A DNA stretch of 64,000 nucleotides, from NCBI GenBank assembly GCA_035494615.1, contig DATJGU010000118.1:7044-71043 (forward strand). The letters are read 5' to 3'. Position 1 is the stretch's first letter; each line of letters opens with the position of its first letter. The notes beneath the pieces were generated by a model. It saw nothing but the letters and a program-made list of their open reading frames with translations, was not told where the DNA came from and did not search any database. Both the position numbers and the translations under genes were made by a program. Of the stretch, positions 64,000 through 64,000 are shown in pieces. This DNA comes from Gemmatimonadaceae bacterium. Its GTDB lineage: Bacteria > Gemmatimonadota > Gemmatimonadetes > Gemmatimonadales > Gemmatimonadaceae.

Positions 64000-64000
64000 G

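Overview
High-GC (about 70%) bacterial chromosomal segment. Gene content and repeat style resemble Gemmatimonadota or Acidobacteriota soil bacteria, but that is inference only. I support about 57 protein-coding genes. They are tightly packed, with many 4-nt ATGA/GTGA start-stop overlaps. I saw no rRNA, tRNA, CRISPR array, transposase or integrase. Most very long ORFs in the six-frame track are Arg/Ala/Pro-rich antisense or off-frame artefacts of the GC content, so I trimmed or rejected them. Content is mainly housekeeping and accessory. It includes Gfo/Idh/MocA oxidoreductases, a ThrE-type exporter, aldose epimerase, glycosidase-like proteins and three two-component systems (classical HK, LytS/LytTR, hybrid HK plus ANTAR regulator). 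It also includes a LAL/LuxR regulator, a PQQ-type sugar dehydrogenase fused to cytochrome c, a split YeeE/YedE pair and two tandem beta-helix paralogs. The remainder comprises AidB-like and OYE flavoenzymes, PadR and ArsR regulators, a BMP-type ABC transporter and an iron/thiamine-type ABC transporter. The stand-out locus is 23.2-28.4 kb. It starts with a Shine-Dalgarno-preceded 57-aa ORF carrying a lasso-peptide-type leader signature. A translationally coupled triad follows: an HprK-like P-loop kinase, a PRMT-fold methyltransferase with a PqqD-like tail, and a nucleotidyltransferase. A convergent Cys-less asparagine-synthetase-type (lasso-cyclase-like) gene closes the locus. No recognisable leader peptidase or exporter is present. 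I read this as a candidate non-canonical RiPP system. Other unexplained structure includes a family of short strand-asymmetric tandem repeats sitting on or next to stop codons, one of which is a canonical G-quadruplex motif. There is also a dispersed GGTAGCGAGTA-type intergenic motif, a 301-bp element bounded by 40-bp inverted repeats, and an in-frame 36-nt tandem repeat inside a LysE-family gene. Two promoters with embedded perfect palindromic operators are also readable, one of them apparently leaderless.
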